Position numbers and translations under genes: made by a program. Under the pieces are notes generated by a model that did no database searches, had not been told where the DNA came from, and saw only the letters and a program-made list of their open reading frames with translations. A stretch of DNA of 64,000 bases. Origin: Candidatus Thorarchaeota archaeon (GTDB lineage: Archaea; Asgardarchaeota; Thorarchaeia; Thorarchaeales; Thorarchaeaceae). Each line of letters starts with the position of its first letter. The first letter of the stretch is position 1. The stretch covers positions 192,001-256,000 of the forward strand of contig JAFGAR010000081.1 in NCBI GenBank assembly GCA_016933575.1. Reading direction: 5' to 3'. This document shows positions 17,396 to 26,842 of the stretch, one piece after another.

Positions 17396-18988
17396 ATGAT
17401 GTCCGACTCTGTACTCATCATCGATGCATTAAGCGCTGGGTCTGGGAAACGAACCAGTTCTAGGGATTCTATCGGTTGTGGACCCAGAAGCGTAGCAGGG
17501 ATTTTTGAGAAGCATGGATTTGACTGCAGAATCTATAGGGCTGAAGAGATTCTTGAGAAAAAGAGTATAATGAGAAAGTTCGATCACATTGCTATCAGCT
17601 CTATGACCATGGACATGCCAGCTACTAGGAAGATCATGAACCTGTGGCGGAGCGGGGCTCGACATTCTGGTAGAGCTATTATTGGAGGTCCTATCGCTTC
17701 AGATTCTCGGGTGATTATAAAATTAGGTGCAGATCTCCTCGTTATTGGTGAAGGTGAGGCTACACTCGAGGAGTTGATTGAGCGGGACTATTTCCATGAG
17801 AAGATCGAGTTGTTGGACGTTCTTGGAATTGCTTTTGCAATCAATGGAAGAGTAGCATATACAAGGCCTCGTGAATTCATATCATCAGAATCTCTCTCAT
17901 CTGATTTTCTACCATCCACCACACGAATACTTGACTACAAGGCGTATCAAGCAAGTAAGGTCTATGTGGAGGTAACTCGGGGTTGCTCCAATTTTAGAAG
18001 GACTCGACTTCCCCTGTTAAATGGAAGTCAATGTTCTGAATGTGGAAATTGCGATGCTGACGAACCCGAAACACGTTTAGATTGCCCAGAAGATATTCCG
18101 CCTGGTTGTGGATTCTGTAGCGTTCCCGGAACGTGGGGCCCTCCAAGAAGCAGGTCTGCAGTGAGTATTGTGAGAGAGATCAAAGAACTTCTGGACTTAG
18201 GGGTCCATAAAATTGTCCTCGAGTCTCCTGGTTTCCTAGACTACTTCCGTGGATCCGAACCCCTCACAGATCCCTGTCATCCACCAGCTAATCTGTCTGC
18301 TATCAAGGATTTACTAGGGCAGATCAATAATCTGCCTCAAGTGATTGATGGAACTGCTCACATTACCATTGAGAACATGAAAGCGTGCCTGTTTACTGAT
18401 GAGGTTGCACAGATGTTAGTTGAGTCAATGATGTCGAGTTCTCCAAATATTGGTCTTGAGACCGGTTCTGAAAAGCACATGCATCAGATCGGTAAATGTG
18501 GAAATCCGCAGGATGTCCTTTCTGCTGTGAAAATTGCGAGTAAGTATGGAATGAAACCCTTTGTGTATTTCATCTATGGTCTCCCTGGAGAGGATGAAGA
18601 CAGTGTGAACGATTCTATTACCATGATGCGGCAAATCAGTGAGGCTGGAGCTGAGAGAATAATTCTGTATGGCTTTAGATCCTTGCCTGGGTCTGCCTTT
18701 GAGAACTACCCCTCCTCCTCAACCAGTAATCCACTTGGGGCTATACTCAGGAGGGAAGCTGATAGAATCAATCGAGTGAAGAAGGATGACTACATCGGAA
18801 AGATTGTTCGTGGTATTGCAGCTGAACAATCCTGGGTCAATAGAGGATACACCATGGTCTATCCCTTGGAAGAAGGTCCCCTCATGACAGTGCCTGGCGG
18901 CTTTTCTGCAGGAACACTCCTGAACATTCGAATAACCAAGGTTCTTAGTAGCGGCCTCCTTGAGGGAGTGGCCCTTCAATCATCCTAA
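17396..18988 (+). CDS. radical SAM protein with B12-binding-like N-terminus and TRAM-like C-terminus
   Basis: EVTRGC...PPGCGFC (motif split by a Cys-rich insert), GLETGS, YGLPGE. Confidence 0.85.
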   Translation: MMSDSVLIIDALSAGSGKRTSSRDSIGCGPRSVAGIFEKHGFDCRIYRAEEILEKKSIMRKFDHIAISSMTMDMPATRKIMNLWRSGARHSGRAIIGGPIASDSRVIIKLGADLLVIGEGEATLEELIERDYFHEKIELLDVLGIAFAINGRVAYTRPREFISSESLSSDFLPSTTRILDYKAYQASKVYVEVTRGCSNFRRTRLPLLNGSQCSECGNCDADEPETRLDCPEDIPPGCGFCSVPGTWGPPRSRSAVSIVREIKELLDLGVHKIVLESPGFLDYFRGSEPLTDPCHPPANLSAIKDLLGQINNLPQVIDGTAHITIENMKACLFTDEVAQMLVESMMSSSPNIGLETGSEKHMHQIGKCGNPQDVLSAVKIASKYGMKPFVYFIYGLPGEDEDSVNDSITMMRQISEAGAERIILYGFRSLPGSAFENYPSSSTSNPLGAILRREADRINRVKKDDYIGKIVRGIAAEQSWVNRGYTMVYPLEEGPLMTVPGGFSAGTLLNIRITKVLSSGLLEGVALQSS

Positions 18989-19046
18989 CAGCTCTAGGCA
19001 AAGCTTCATATTATCATATCTTTGAGAAACTGAGTGGTGGTTCACC

Positions 19047-19190
19047 GTGGTATACACCTGTCATAATTGTCATAGAGAAGTAACCCCTGATGGTCTGAAG
19101 ACCCTCCCAGGAGTCAAATGTCCGTACTGCGGTGGTAGAATTCTCTACAAGGTTCGTCCGCCAGTTGTCAAAAGGGTCAAGGGTGCTTGA
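19047..19190 (+). CDS. rpoP: RNA polymerase subunit Rpo12 (RpoP)
   Basis: Manual translation MVYTCHNCHREVTPDGLKTLPGVKCPYCGGRILYKVRPPVVKRVKGA*; SD GGTGG upstream. Confidence 0.95.
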   Translation: MVYTCHNCHREVTPDGLKTLPGVKCPYCGGRILYKVRPPVVKRVKGA

Positions 19191-19208
19191 TTCGACTCCT
19201 TTTCTAAT

Positions 19209-19310
19209 CTATATTAGTCCCAGAAGTAACATTGTTGTGATTACTGTAGAGGCAATCAGCAGTACCAAGAAACAGACCGAATACACCTTTCTTCTAGTTT
19301 CGCGTTTCAT
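19209..19310 (-). CDS. 33-aa single-TM (tail-anchored-like) peptide
   Basis: MKRETRRKVYSVCFLVLLIASTVITTMLLLGLI*. ATG lies 2 nt after the ATPase stop, with SD GGAGG. Confidence 0.7.
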   Translation of the reverse strand: MKRETRRKVYSVCFLVLLIASTVITTMLLLGLI

Positions 19311-19312
19311 TT

Positions 19313-20284
19313 TCAGTCCTCCGTGTGATTGTTTCCAATGAGAATTTCGCCAAGTCTAGTGAGCCCTTCAATACCTCTAATCTCACCATCAAACAGAGGT
19401 ACTTCTGTAAGGTCTAAGTCTGAGTAGAGGTCCCTGATATCATTAAGGTTTGCCTGTTGCATCTCGTATCGCTTTGTACAGAACTGACAGGTAGGATTTG
19501 GTGGTACAAGTTGATTGACAACCATATTATTGGCTGGAATGTGCCACGTATTCAGACTGGCTAAAAGTCGTTGAGTTTCAAAGACTGCCATTGCTTCCGG
19601 AATCATGACCACAACGAACTGTGTTGTGTCCGGATCTGAGAGTTCAATTCTTGCCTGTCGAATCTTATCCTTTGTCTGTTGGATCATCTTCCAAGAATCG
19701 TCTTCTTGCTCTTGCCCCCCACCAAACAGTCCTCTTAGACCTCCAAGCATCGAACTCAACCTCTGGCGAAGTGTTAGCATTTTTCCCAGCCAGCTATCAA
19801 GAAGATCTGGCAACTCCAGAAGTTTCAAAGTATGTCCTGTCGGAGCAGTATCGAAGATGACCCTGTCATAGGACGAGTCTTCTATAAACTCCAAGATCTT
19901 GCCAAATGCCATAGCCTCATCTGATCCCGGTGGTGACATTCCTGTCATATCCCCCATCAGATTCGCAGCCATCTGAGCTTCGGGACCAGCCATACCATCG
20001 CCTACTATGTTCTGAAATTCCTGCATACCCTTCTCAGCATTGATCTCCATTCCCCAAAGATTATCAAAACCCTTGATAGGAATAACTTCTCCGCCTGAGA
20101 GATCTTGGTCAAAACTATCACTCAGACTATGAGCTGGGTCAGTAGATAGAACGAGTGTTCGAAAACCATGTCTTGCAGATAGTACTGCCATAGCCCCTGC
20201 ACAACTTGTCTTTCCGACACCACCCTTGCCTCCAGAGAGGATGAACTTGAGAGAGTCCTTGTATACAACATCGCGGAGAGTCAT
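19313..20284 (-). CDS. ArsA/GET3 (TRC40)-family ATPase, Get3-like
   Basis: GGKGGVGKT, STDPAHSLSD, DTAPTGHTL, Met-rich insert and C-terminal CQFC; single ATPase domain. Confidence 0.92.
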   Translation of the reverse strand: MTLRDVVYKDSLKFILSGGKGGVGKTSCAGAMAVLSARHGFRTLVLSTDPAHSLSDSFDQDLSGGEVIPIKGFDNLWGMEINAEKGMQEFQNIVGDGMAGPEAQMAANLMGDMTGMSPPGSDEAMAFGKILEFIEDSSYDRVIFDTAPTGHTLKLLELPDLLDSWLGKMLTLRQRLSSMLGGLRGLFGGGQEQEDDSWKMIQQTKDKIRQARIELSDPDTTQFVVVMIPEAMAVFETQRLLASLNTWHIPANNMVVNQLVPPNPTCQFCTKRYEMQQANLNDIRDLYSDLDLTEVPLFDGEIRGIEGLTRLGEILIGNNHTED

Positions 20285-20449
20285 GAATCGACCTCAATGT
20301 GGTCAAAAAACCGAATTCCACATTAATCCTTCCATAGGTTAAAGAGGTCACAAGGAGCTCATAGAGTGAATGCACGCATCCAAAGACAGCTGACAAAACT
20401 TATTGAGTACTCTTTGGCACCCAATTTACTGTATATAGAGGGAAGAGGA

Positions 20450-21175
20450 ATGTCGTTTCCACAAGTCCGAACAACAGCTATCGAGTTCCCATCTACATTA
20501 TTGGCACTCTTAGGACTTGAGATACCTGATGGTCTGTATCCTGCAAATGATGAACTGACCAAGAAGTTCAATCCCAAAGCAGTGGTTCTAGTTGTGATAG
20601 ATAACTTTGGTCTCTTTGAGGCTGTAGTCTATAAACCGGAGGCTTTGATTAAGAATATGGAAGCCTTAGCACTCATAGAAACCGATGATCCCTATGCAGT
20701 TCCTCTGATGAAGACCATATTTGCAGGGTCCCGTGACGGGTTTCACTTGATTAACTATGTAAAGAATTCTGGAAAGGTCACAAAGGTCATCTGTAGAGAG
20801 CAAGACATTGCCACTTTTGGGTTTGATCCTTCATATACTGTTAGTCCGCGCGATGACATGGCTACGTATATCGAATCAACTAAACATATCTTCAAGAGTG
20901 AATTACTATATCTTCACTTCTTGGACTTTGAGAGTCTTTACGCTCAATATGGGCACAGGACACCACCGAAGACCCTTCTTGAGAAGATTGTTAGACGTAC
21001 AGATAATTGGATTAAGGTACTACTACGTCAGGCACGTGATGATACTCTCTTTGTAGTAATAGGCAATCATGGGCGCCATCCTGTACCCTTAAACTATGAG
21101 GGGAAGCTGGCTGAATGGCGAAATGCCAATGCTCCTATTGCAATCATATTCCAGAAGCGAAAGTCGTCTACCTAG
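20450..21175 (+). CDS. alkaline phosphatase superfamily-like protein, degenerate
   Basis: VVLVVIDNFG...LYLHFLDFE...VIGNHG topology; ATG 20450 with SD. Confidence 0.6.
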   Translation: MSFPQVRTTAIEFPSTLLALLGLEIPDGLYPANDELTKKFNPKAVVLVVIDNFGLFEAVVYKPEALIKNMEALALIETDDPYAVPLMKTIFAGSRDGFHLINYVKNSGKVTKVICREQDIATFGFDPSYTVSPRDDMATYIESTKHIFKSELLYLHFLDFESLYAQYGHRTPPKTLLEKIVRRTDNWIKVLLRQARDDTLFVVIGNHGRHPVPLNYEGKLAEWRNANAPIAIIFQKRKSST

Positions 21176-21981
21176 ACCAAAGGTAGGAGTGTTGGCAATC
21201 CAAATACTATTGCTATCATGGCTAGGACAAGACAGAGCTTCCAGAAGCTGATTTTTCGAGCCAGGCGTAGCAGGAACTCCATGGAAAGAAGACCAACAAC
21301 GAATACTATCAGCTCTATGAGTATCAGGTCTATGATATCTATGCTAGCTGGAATAGTATTGCCTGTAACTATCTCTACTGCAAGAATACCTAAGACTGCT
21401 GGAACACTCATCAAGAAGCTGAATCTAAGGGCGGTTTCTTTGTCAATTCTCTGCATGAGAAGAGCTGAAACAGTCACGCCTGATCGGCTCAGTCCTGGTA
21501 ACACAGAGCTCCCTTGAACAAGTCCAGTCACTAAGGCTTCCCGGTTGGTAGGTTCCCTTATCTCTGATGGTGTTGAATTCTCTTCAGTCTTTTGACGCGT
21601 TGGCAAGTAGAGCATAATCGCTGTGATCAGTAGAAGTACACCAACAAGGATGTTCAACATCTCTCCTTGGAAAGCAGCTATACTGTCCTTCAAAAAGACA
21701 TACAGAGGAATCGCAGTGATCGCTGTTGCTACTGTGGCAATAAGTAATAATCTTGTCAACTGTCTATCTTTGAGCGAAATGATGTTGAGGATGATCCTCG
21801 GGTACCGAACAATAACTGCTAGGGCAGTGCCCAAATGGAGCCAAACAACTAGGGAAACAATCTCACTTGCAGGGACTGACGTAAAATTATAGATAAAGAA
21901 CACAACCTGTCCTTCACTACTGATTGGCAACCATTCAACAAGTCCTTGCAAGAGAGCCACAATTATCTGCCAGAGCTCCAT
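21172..21981 (-). CDS. uppP: undecaprenyl/polyprenyl-diphosphate phosphatase (BacA family)
   Basis: QGLVEWLPISSEG, HLGT, PGLSRSG and FSFLMSVP motifs. Confidence 0.93.
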   Translation of the reverse strand: MELWQIIVALLQGLVEWLPISSEGQVVFFIYNFTSVPASEIVSLVVWLHLGTALAVIVRYPRIILNIISLKDRQLTRLLLIATVATAITAIPLYVFLKDSIAAFQGEMLNILVGVLLLITAIMLYLPTRQKTEENSTPSEIREPTNREALVTGLVQGSSVLPGLSRSGVTVSALLMQRIDKETALRFSFLMSVPAVLGILAVEIVTGNTIPASIDIIDLILIELIVFVVGLLSMEFLLRLARKISFWKLCLVLAMIAIVFGLPTLLPLV

Positions 21982-22057
21982 TTCTCATCAAATCCTACCC
22001 ATTCGCGATATGCAGAAGAATTAAAAAGATAGTCCAACCGACTCCAGCTTAACGTGG

Positions 22058-22729
22058 GTGCCTTCAATGGTGTTAGATAATGAACGATTCCTAAGTTCCG
22101 AACTTGCAAACATTAGTCAGATGCTGGAAGAGCATTTTCGAGCAGCTTTGTCGGCAAGTAAAATTGTGCACGTTGCAGTAACCGATTGGTTGAATGGCAA
22201 AAAAGCAATCGACCCGGAAGAGCTGCAAAAGGTCACTGCTCTTGAAGAGAAGGGTGATGAACTAAAACACACTATACTCAATGAACTGGCAAAAGCGAGT
22301 ACATTGATGCAGCGCGAGGACCTTCTCCGACTTGTACATTATAACGATAAACTTACAGATGGCGCTGAATGGTGTATTTACCACTTGTCAGCCATCATAG
22401 GTTTCTGGACTCCTGATGGTGAGATAAAGGATAAGATTGCTAAGATGAGTGATTTGGTGCTGGAGGAGATTACCCAGCAACGAGAAGCTGTGCGATTCCT
22501 TTCTATCAATATGCAAGAGTCTATGAAGCGTGCTGATGAAATCTGTAAGATTGAGAAACAGATAGATGTTCTTCAGAGAGAGATTGTGACATTGCTCTAT
22601 CCAGCCCAAATCCCTCTTGCTGTGCTATTGAGATTCCGTGATTTTATCAATATGATGGAGGACATAGCTAACTTCGGTGAGGATGCAGCCATCACAATCA
22701 GGGCACTCTCACTCACTCTGAATATGTGA
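22058..22729 (+). CDS. DUF47 / PhoU-like protein
   Basis: LEEKGDELK...REDL and IEKQID...EDIAN..ED repeats. Confidence 0.85.
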   Translation: MPSMVLDNERFLSSELANISQMLEEHFRAALSASKIVHVAVTDWLNGKKAIDPEELQKVTALEEKGDELKHTILNELAKASTLMQREDLLRLVHYNDKLTDGAEWCIYHLSAIIGFWTPDGEIKDKIAKMSDLVLEEITQQREAVRFLSINMQESMKRADEICKIEKQIDVLQREIVTLLYPAQIPLAVLLRFRDFINMMEDIANFGEDAAITIRALSLTLNM

Positions 22730-22747
22730 TTTAGCTGGTGTCATTGA

Positions 22748-23314
22748 TTGACTGAAGATAATCATGGGGTCGCAGTTGCCAAACTTATCGGTGATCGGGC
22801 AATAGTCTGGAATCCCGATGATGGGATGCGGCTCTATGATCAAGGGTATTATGGACAACCTGTGGGCATAAGGAAACCCAAGTCACCAGTCTTTGATAAG
22901 CCTCTTGAGCTCTCGTTAGTAGAATGTGCTTACCTGACGCGGGAAAATATAGTACAGGTTGTCGACTCAACTGATAATCATATTCTTACCCTTGATGAGC
23001 TTCTTTCAATGGGATTGAAGATATCTGATGATTTCAAAGACAGATTCTTAGTCTATGCACAGCTGCGAGAGCGTGGTTACATTGTACGTCCCGGATTGAA
23101 ATTTGGTACTGATTTTGCAGTATATGAGAAAGGACCTGGTATAGATCATGCACCTTTTCTTGTTCATGTGATTGCCCAGAAGACTGGTGTGGTTCCTCTG
23201 GATATTGTTCGTGCTGGAAGACTCGCAACCAGCGTAAAGAAGCGATTCATCATTGCCACGGTGAAGGAGAATGGGGAGATAGCTCATTATTCATTCATCT
23301 GGCACCGACCATAA
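22748..23314 (+). CDS. endA: tRNA-intron endonuclease
   Basis: LSLVE, RPGLKFGTDFAVY, HA, RLATSVKK; single-unit length. Confidence 0.95.
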   Translation: MTEDNHGVAVAKLIGDRAIVWNPDDGMRLYDQGYYGQPVGIRKPKSPVFDKPLELSLVECAYLTRENIVQVVDSTDNHILTLDELLSMGLKISDDFKDRFLVYAQLRERGYIVRPGLKFGTDFAVYEKGPGIDHAPFLVHVIAQKTGVVPLDIVRAGRLATSVKKRFIIATVKENGEIAHYSFIWHRP

Positions 23315-23397
23315 TACCAGGATTATCCATGAGCAAAACAATTAAGTTGGCAATCGCGAAGATGATAGTAACATCTAGCCCCTGAGGATGAATCCTG

Positions 23398-23715
23398 ATG
23401 GCTAATAAAGCTGAGAACGCGAAGGCTTTTGGTTTGCTGTTGGCCGAAGCCTGGGAGAACACTCCCTCATTCATATGCAGCAACGAGGACTACATATATT
23501 GTTTGTATCCTGCCGATGAGACGAAGGTCAAGTGGGTGGAAGCATCACTCACCTTTCCAGATGGATCTTTGGATAAGAAAGATATTGATCCTGTCAAGGC
23601 GATAGCACTATTGGTAGAGGAACTTAAGGTACTCCCCAATTATGGTGCAGATACCATAGTGACTACGAAAGCCCAACTGGATGAAGTTGCGGGTCGCCTT
23701 GGTAGCCTGACATAG
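23398..23715 (+). CDS. hypothetical protein
   Basis: 105 aa ORF with SD and protein-like composition. Confidence 0.75.
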   Translation: MANKAENAKAFGLLLAEAWENTPSFICSNEDYIYCLYPADETKVKWVEASLTFPDGSLDKKDIDPVKAIALLVEELKVLPNYGADTIVTTKAQLDEVAGRLGSLT

Positions 23716-23773
23716 TGCGATGGTCTATGGTCCTTTGTTTGGGACCAAATCATGTCACGGACGGAGCGGGATT

Positions 23774-24583
23774 ATGCCGGAAGTACTAGTTGTATGTCCT
23801 TCGTGTGGAAAAGAAGTTCCTGAAGGGAAATTCTGTAATATCTGTGGGGAGCTCCTTCCTCCATTACAAGATGATATTGGTTCTAGGTCAGAGGATGTCA
23901 CTTCTACTCAGAACCATGATATGATTTCTACAGAAGATAAAGCCCCACTAGAGCCCCTTTCACTACCACATTTCGATGTGGTCATAGAGGATATGCCTTA
24001 TGAAGCCGCAGTCATTCTACTATCAAGTTCGGAGCTTGTTGAAATCGACAAAGAACTAGACCGGATAATAGAGCAGACAAAAGCAACGCGCCAAGCACTT
24101 CAGCTGCAACAGGCTGATAGGACCGTTCTCACAGCACGCGCAGAAACACTACGACAGCAGTTTGAAAAGACTCGAGAGCGTCGTCGCGAACTAATCTCAG
24201 TTAAAGATAGGCTCGTTCTTGAGAAGATTCTTGAGGCTCTTGACAAACAAGAAGCACGACTATCCAAACTGGATGAAATTGCTGGTACGCTGGATAAGGA
24301 GGTCTATCAGGAGCAACGAGTAGAAATTCTTCACGCGATCAAAGATCTCCGAATGAACCTCAAAGAGGCAACAAAATCTGGCACAAAGTGGTCTAAGGGC
24401 ATTAAGACCACTCTGAAGAAGCTTGGTAAAGAATTGAATCGACTTGATGCTAAATTCAAGATTGGTGATGTTTCAAGAGAAAAATATGAGGAGTCAACAT
24501 CAAGATTAGAACGAAGCGTTCGAATTGTCGAAGGTGGTCTGAAGCGACTAGATGAATCACTCAGTATAGCTAGGAAGAGATAA
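23774..24583 (+). CDS. Zn-ribbon + CdvA-like coiled-coil protein
   Basis: CPSC/CNIC, long coiled coil, and GTLDKEVY / GDVSREKYEE motifs. Confidence 0.6.
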   Translation: MPEVLVVCPSCGKEVPEGKFCNICGELLPPLQDDIGSRSEDVTSTQNHDMISTEDKAPLEPLSLPHFDVVIEDMPYEAAVILLSSSELVEIDKELDRIIEQTKATRQALQLQQADRTVLTARAETLRQQFEKTRERRRELISVKDRLVLEKILEALDKQEARLSKLDEIAGTLDKEVYQEQRVEILHAIKDLRMNLKEATKSGTKWSKGIKTTLKKLGKELNRLDAKFKIGDVSREKYEESTSRLERSVRIVEGGLKRLDESLSIARKR

Positions 24584-24595
24584 GAAAATAGAAGC

Positions 24596-24916
24596 ATGAT
24601 CTTGGAGCGTAAAAATATGGCAACAGGATATGTTGAATGTACTGCATTGTGCAAGAGTTTCAAGTGTGACAAACAACCTCCAGCTCTGAAGATTATCCAG
24701 AAGAGCGGTAAGAAAACAATCTGGTGTACCTGGATTGATGAGGAATGTGACGGTCCATGGTGTAAATTTTCAAAATGCATGGAACGACGTATGACTGATG
24801 ATGGACGATGTAAGCCTCCAATCAAAAAGGTCGAACCAGCAGTCCGTCAAGCCGATGACTTCGAATACCCTGATGCTATTCCAAAGGATATAGCTAAAAA
24901 ACTCGGTAAGCGTTGA
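24596..24916 (+). CDS. small Cys-rich protein
   Basis: Eight Cys, including WCTWIDEECDGPWCKFSKC. Confidence 0.75.
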   Translation: MILERKNMATGYVECTALCKSFKCDKQPPALKIIQKSGKKTIWCTWIDEECDGPWCKFSKCMERRMTDDGRCKPPIKKVEPAVRQADDFEYPDAIPKDIAKKLGKR

Positions 24917-25001
24917 GACCTAGTGCCTAGACTTTTGTATAGGCCCCGCAATGTCTATAAGTAATACGAAGTCACTCGCACTCACACAAAGGTGAAATCA
25001 A

Positions 25002-25127
25002 GTGTTTGAGGAAATCCGTCCAGAGATGAGAGCTCTCATCTATTTCATGGTTGGAATATCGTTCTTAGGCATTGGCATCCTGTTAGGTCAGGCTGCTTTC
25101 GCTATCGGTTTTTTGACTTGGCCATAG
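25002..25127 (+). CDS. 41-aa membrane peptide
   Basis: MFEEIRPEMRALIYFMVGISFLGIGILLGQAAFAIGFLTWP*; SD GGTGA at 24991 and TATA-like CTATAAG near 24955. Confidence 0.7.
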   Translation: MFEEIRPEMRALIYFMVGISFLGIGILLGQAAFAIGFLTWP

Positions 25128-25161
25128 AAGCGCAGCGCCTGTAAGTCAGGGTGATTGCCTT

Positions 25162-26154
25162 TTGACACGAATTGATGATATTCTCGAACTATTGACCAAT
25201 TTTGACGGCATTTCTCGTAAGTTTGTGTTACCATCAATTATAGACAAATTACGACTCAGTTCCTATAAGGGTGACACGCCCCATAGTTTGGGGGAAGACT
25301 CAGCTGCAATAGGTACAAACTCTGATGACTTTGTCCTTCTCACTACTGATGCAATTGTTGAAGATCTCTGTCTCGGTCACCCGCGAGCGGCTGGATTCAA
25401 TGCAGTTCTTGCTAATGCAATGGATATCTATGCTGCGGGAGGTACTCCTACATCCTTTGCTGTTGCTCTTTCCTATGCAGATCCGAAGATAGGAGAGGCT
25501 ATTCTGGATGGATTAATTACAGGTTCTCATACATTCAAGATACCTATTGTCAGAGGCCATACAAATCCTCGTTCATCCTCTACATATGTTGTTGGATCTG
25601 CGACAGGAACTGTGCAGAAGAACAGTCTTCTTACAGCCGGTGGGGCCGAAGATGGTGACATATTGGTCATGCTCTTTGATAGGACCGGACAACGAGGGGC
25701 ACATTATCATCTTGGATGGGATTCCGTAACGGATAGATCCTCTGAGAATGTTGTGAAACGATTGAGTGTTATGAATGAGATTGCTGGTAGACAATTAGTT
25801 ACTGCTTCAAAGGATGTATCTGTTGCAGGTATCGTTGGTACAGCAGCTATGATGTTGGAATATTCAGGAAAGGGGGGAACACTCGAACTGAATGCGATAG
25901 ACAAAGCCAGGCCAAAAGATATCCCTCTTGAGGACTGGTTACGTATGTATATCTCTCTCGGGTTCCTAGTTGCTACTCCTCTAAGCCATATCAATAACCT
26001 GAAGAAGATTGCACAGGCACATGAGCTCTCTGCGTGTCGAATTGGTGTGGTCGATGATACCCGAGAGGTGAAGCTCTCACTTGATGGAGAGGTCCGTGTC
26101 ATGTTTGATTTTACTAAGGGTCCTGTGTTGACTCCAAAGACTGGACATGTCTGA
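25162..26154 (+). CDS. AIR synthase-related (PurM/ThiL-like) protein
   Basis: GEDSAAI, TTD, ANAMDIYAAGGTP, RGHT and KDVSVAG motifs. Confidence 0.85.
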   Translation: MTRIDDILELLTNFDGISRKFVLPSIIDKLRLSSYKGDTPHSLGEDSAAIGTNSDDFVLLTTDAIVEDLCLGHPRAAGFNAVLANAMDIYAAGGTPTSFAVALSYADPKIGEAILDGLITGSHTFKIPIVRGHTNPRSSSTYVVGSATGTVQKNSLLTAGGAEDGDILVMLFDRTGQRGAHYHLGWDSVTDRSSENVVKRLSVMNEIAGRQLVTASKDVSVAGIVGTAAMMLEYSGKGGTLELNAIDKARPKDIPLEDWLRMYISLGFLVATPLSHINNLKKIAQAHELSACRIGVVDDTREVKLSLDGEVRVMFDFTKGPVLTPKTGHV

Positions 26155-26204
26155 TAGATAGCTGCGTTATAGTTATAATGTCCAAACATAGCTAGACTAG
26201 TGAA

Positions 26205-26429
26205 GTGTCCCAAGTGTCGACAATCAAGGAGTGCAGCATTCTTGGCTGCAGAAAAACATCAAAGAGGTCTTTCGCCACAGTGCGAATCATGGAGAGTATC
26301 ACCAACTCTAGTCTAAAAGTAAAGGACGCTCGAGCAAGGAAGATCTACCTGTGTGCAGATCACTGGAAGATTGTAAAGAAAGCCTTCAAGAAGGATACAA
26401 AGGGTGAGCGGCTTCGCTGGGGCCATTAG
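26205..26429 (+). CDS. small basic Zn-binding protein
   Basis: CSILGC...YLCADH; Lys/Arg-rich. Confidence 0.75.
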   Translation: MSQVSTIKECSILGCRKTSKRSFATVRIMESITNSSLKVKDARARKIYLCADHWKIVKKAFKKDTKGERLRWGH

Positions 26430-26446
26430 TTTAGCATGGTATTGGA

Positions 26447-26842
26447 ATGAGAGGCATTCCAATCAAGAGAAGGGGTGTTCCTATGTCCAAACAGGGCAAT
26501 AAACCTGGTGACCTAAAACCAAACTTCAAACTCTGGTTTGAGAGCGATGATGAGTATATCTTCGGTCCCGGAGCCTGTGCAATTCTCAAGTCAATACATG
26601 AGGAAGGCACAATCACCAAGGGAGCTGAAAAACTTGGAATGTCTTACCGTTATGCATGGGGAGTAATTCGGAGGATCGAAAAGAAACTTGATACACATCT
26701 CATCGAGACATACAAGGGTGGACAGACTGGCGGGGGCGGTGCTCGAGTTACCGAATTTGGTCTACACTTGATCGAGACGTATACTAATCTAAACGATACA
26801 CTTGAGCGTGCAGTTCAACGGTCTGGTCATATTACTCTATGA
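26447..26842 (+). CDS. ModE-family transcriptional regulator (wHTH only)
   Basis: GTITKGAEKLGMSYRYAW...GGQTGGGARVT; no molybdate-binding domain. Confidence 0.9.
   Translation: MRGIPIKRRGVPMSKQGNKPGDLKPNFKLWFESDDEYIFGPGACAILKSIHEEGTITKGAEKLGMSYRYAWGVIRRIEKKLDTHLIETYKGGQTGGGGARVTEFGLHLIETYTNLNDTLERAVQRSGHITL

Noticed and set aside
25162-26154. AIR-synthase-like gene as selenophosphate synthetase (selD)
   Set aside because: It lacks the N-terminal G-[C/U]-x-x-K motif and the DFF signature of SelD.
26165-26193. ModE box upstream of the modE-like gene (CGTTAT-AGTT-ATAATG)
   Set aside because: Spacing does not fit the known ModE consensus, and no copy was seen before the Mo/W genes.
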